A stretch of DNA of 63,247 nucleotides, filler included, from Psammoneis japonica (lineage: Eukaryota): NCBI GenBank assembly GCA_008632985.1. It is 4 parts of 4 records of this genome, joined end to end, with 100 filler letters (N's around TTAATTAATTAA, not from the genome) between each part and the next. Parts side by side here need not be neighbours in the genome. Positions count along the whole stretch, not along the records: positions 59,619 to 63,247 come from QPGO01000372.1; 3 more parts are not named here. The stretch is one strand, 5' to 3'. Numbering within the stretch: position 1 is the first letter of the stretch; every line of letters begins with the position of its first letter. Both the position numbers and the translations under genes were made by a program. The notes under the pieces are model-generated. The model did no database searches. It was not told the DNA's origin and worked only from the letters and a program-made list of their open reading frames with translations. Below are positions 61,118-63,247 of this stretch, piece by piece.

Positions 61118-63247
61118 NNNNNNNNNNNNNNNNNNNNNNNNNNNNNNNNNNNNNNNNNNNNNNNNNNNNNNNNNNNNNNNNNNNNNNNNNNNNNNNNNNN
61201 NNNNNNNNNNNNNNNNNNNNNNNNNNNNNNNNNNNNNNNNNNNNNNNNNNNNNNNNNNNNNNNNNNNNNNNNNNNNNNNNNNNNNNNNNNNNNNNNNNNN
61301 NNNNNNNNNNNNNNNNNNNNNNNNNNNNNNNNNNNNNNNNNNNNNNNNNNNNNNNNNNNNNNNNNNNNNNNNNNNNNNNNNNNNNNNNNNNNNNNNNNNN
61401 NNNNNNNNNNNNNNNNNNNNNNNNNNNNNNNNNNNNNNNNNNNNNNNNNNNNNNNNNNNNNNNNNNNNNNNNNNNNNNNNGATGTGTTTTCATCCCAGGT
61501 GAGAAACGCGCACACGGAGGTGAGACGTTTCATCTGTCCCTTTTCCGTCGCCGTGCTTTTTGTGCGAGCAAATCTGACTGGACTTTCCCCCGATTTTTCG
61601 TTTCTTCTTTCCACAGACATGTTTGTTTTGAAAAGCCAGCCGTTGTTCTCATTGGTTGAAGGGTGCGCACAAGAAAAGCGCTGTCTCGAAAGCGGCATTT
61701 TTTGGAGTGAAGCCAACAGCTGTCTGCTCGTTGTTGTCACTCTGGCGCATTTGAGAGACTGTCCCACTGTTTCTTTCACCGAATCTGACTGCTTTGAAAG
61801 AATGTGCGCGTTGTTCATTGTGTGAAGAGCTCCCACCAAAAAAGAACGGCGCTCTGGCTCCATCACTTGCACAAGAAAAATCGGGGGAGCTGACTTCGCA
61901 CGTGATTTTTTTGCGCGATCGGCCGTTTCAAAGATCGACTGATTTGTCGACCTGTGTGGGACACTTGAGTGAACAAAACAACAGGATTGAAGTGGCAGCA
62001 TCAAAGTTCAATGTGTGTCCAGTTGTCATGTGATTTGACATGCCCAAGCAGAGTTGAAGATGAAATGTTGACAAAATTTCACCGCTCAAAATGACTGGTT
62101 CTATCTTGGAACAAAATGGGGTGGCCACAACACTGAGATGTCGCCAATGGCGTTGTTCTGCTTTACAACAATGAAGCTGTCACACTTGCATCTGAGATTC
62201 TTTGTCCTCACACACCCTCAAAACCGAGCACATGACGATTCTCTTGTCGGCAGCGAAATCTGATGTTGTCGCGCGACCCAAAAGCATCGTCCACAACGAC
62301 TCAAAGTGCGGACGATGCACCACAAGAATCACAGCAATGTGCCACAGAAACATTCTTCGTTGTCAGCATCCGGTGTCAAGCAGATGGAGCAGCGCGTTGA
62401 CGAGAATCCTGCTTCGCAAGCTGAGGAAGAGAGAAAGAGGCATCAAAAACATCATGAGTCAAAAGGCCATCCACGAGGCACAACAAAAACAAAGATCAAA
62501 TTTTCAACCACGCCATCGCACTGAGCGTTGTCTCATTGACCTGTCTCGGCATTCTCACCTTCTCAGTCACAACATCCGTTGGTGCAAGAATGGACGAGTT
62601 CATGGCGACGGCATGGCGCCATTTTTGGTTTGCGCGAATTGTGGTTTGTGGTTCGAGACATGGAAAAACANNNNNNNNNNNNNNNNNNNNNNNNNNNNNN
62701 NNNNNNNNNNNNNNNNNNNNNNNNNNNNNNNNNNNNNNNNNNNNNNNNNNNNNNNNNNNNNNNNNNNNNNNNNNNNNNNNNNNNNNNNNNNNNNNNNNNN
62801 NNNNNNNNNNNNNNNNNNNNNNNNNNNNNNNNNNNNNNNNNNNNNNNNNNNNNNNNNNNNNNNNNNNNNNNNNNNNNNNNNNNNNNNNNNNNNNNNNNNN
62901 NNNNNNNNNNNNNNNNNNNNNNNNNNNNNNNNNNNNNNNNNNNNNNNNNNNNNNNNNNNNNNNNNNNNNNNNNNNNNNNNNNNNNNNNNNNNNNNNNNNN
63001 NNNNNNNNNNNNNNNNNNNNNNNNNNNNNNNNNNNNNNNNNNNNNNNNNNNNNNNNNNNNNNNNNNNNNNNNNNNNNNNNNNNNNNNNNNNNNNNNNNNN
63101 NNNNNNNNNNNNNCACGCGTCCATGCGGCTCTTTGCTGACGTGTGCTGACACTGCACGGTTTTGGCGGAACAGTGTGGGTGCGCACGAAGGAACATGCAG
63201 AACTGCAGAGAGTTTGCGCGTTCGACAGTGATCAACGTTGCTGCAGA

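Overview
Eukaryotic nuclear DNA, most likely a diatom, judged from bipartite ASAFAP-type plastid-targeting leaders, short GT-AG introns, a CoDi-type Copia element and diatom-type LINE motifs. It comes from a draft assembly with N-gaps, three artificial 44N-TTAATTAATTAA-44N contig linkers and many 1-nt frameshifts in conserved genes. Gene islands encode an RluA/RluD pseudouridine synthase (with an inverted second partial copy), a signal-peptide-bearing USP deubiquitinase, a plastid-targeted hypothetical protein, a plastid-targeted DnaG primase with a long C-terminal tail, a PfkB kinase, Cpn60 and Rossmann-fold gene fragments, a PhyH-like partial gene, a Trithorax/MLL-like SET protein and an A/B-type cyclin. 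These alternate with blocks of dead repeats: a Copia element with both LTRs (46856-53422), a LINE with RNase H, a Copia gag relic and an unclassified three-copy repeat. The main signal is that the repeats, but not the genes, have lost CpG (expected from 5mC deamination) and almost all TpA. LTR-LTR and copy-copy comparisons, plus Tyr->Cys/His changes at conserved retroelement motifs, show TpA->TpG/CpA (A:T->G:C) substitution. Surviving TAs sit mainly in YTAR context, and one block has lost TA while keeping CG. This looks like a repeat-targeted adenine hypermutation process running opposite to fungal RIP. All counts are by eye and the mechanism is inference.
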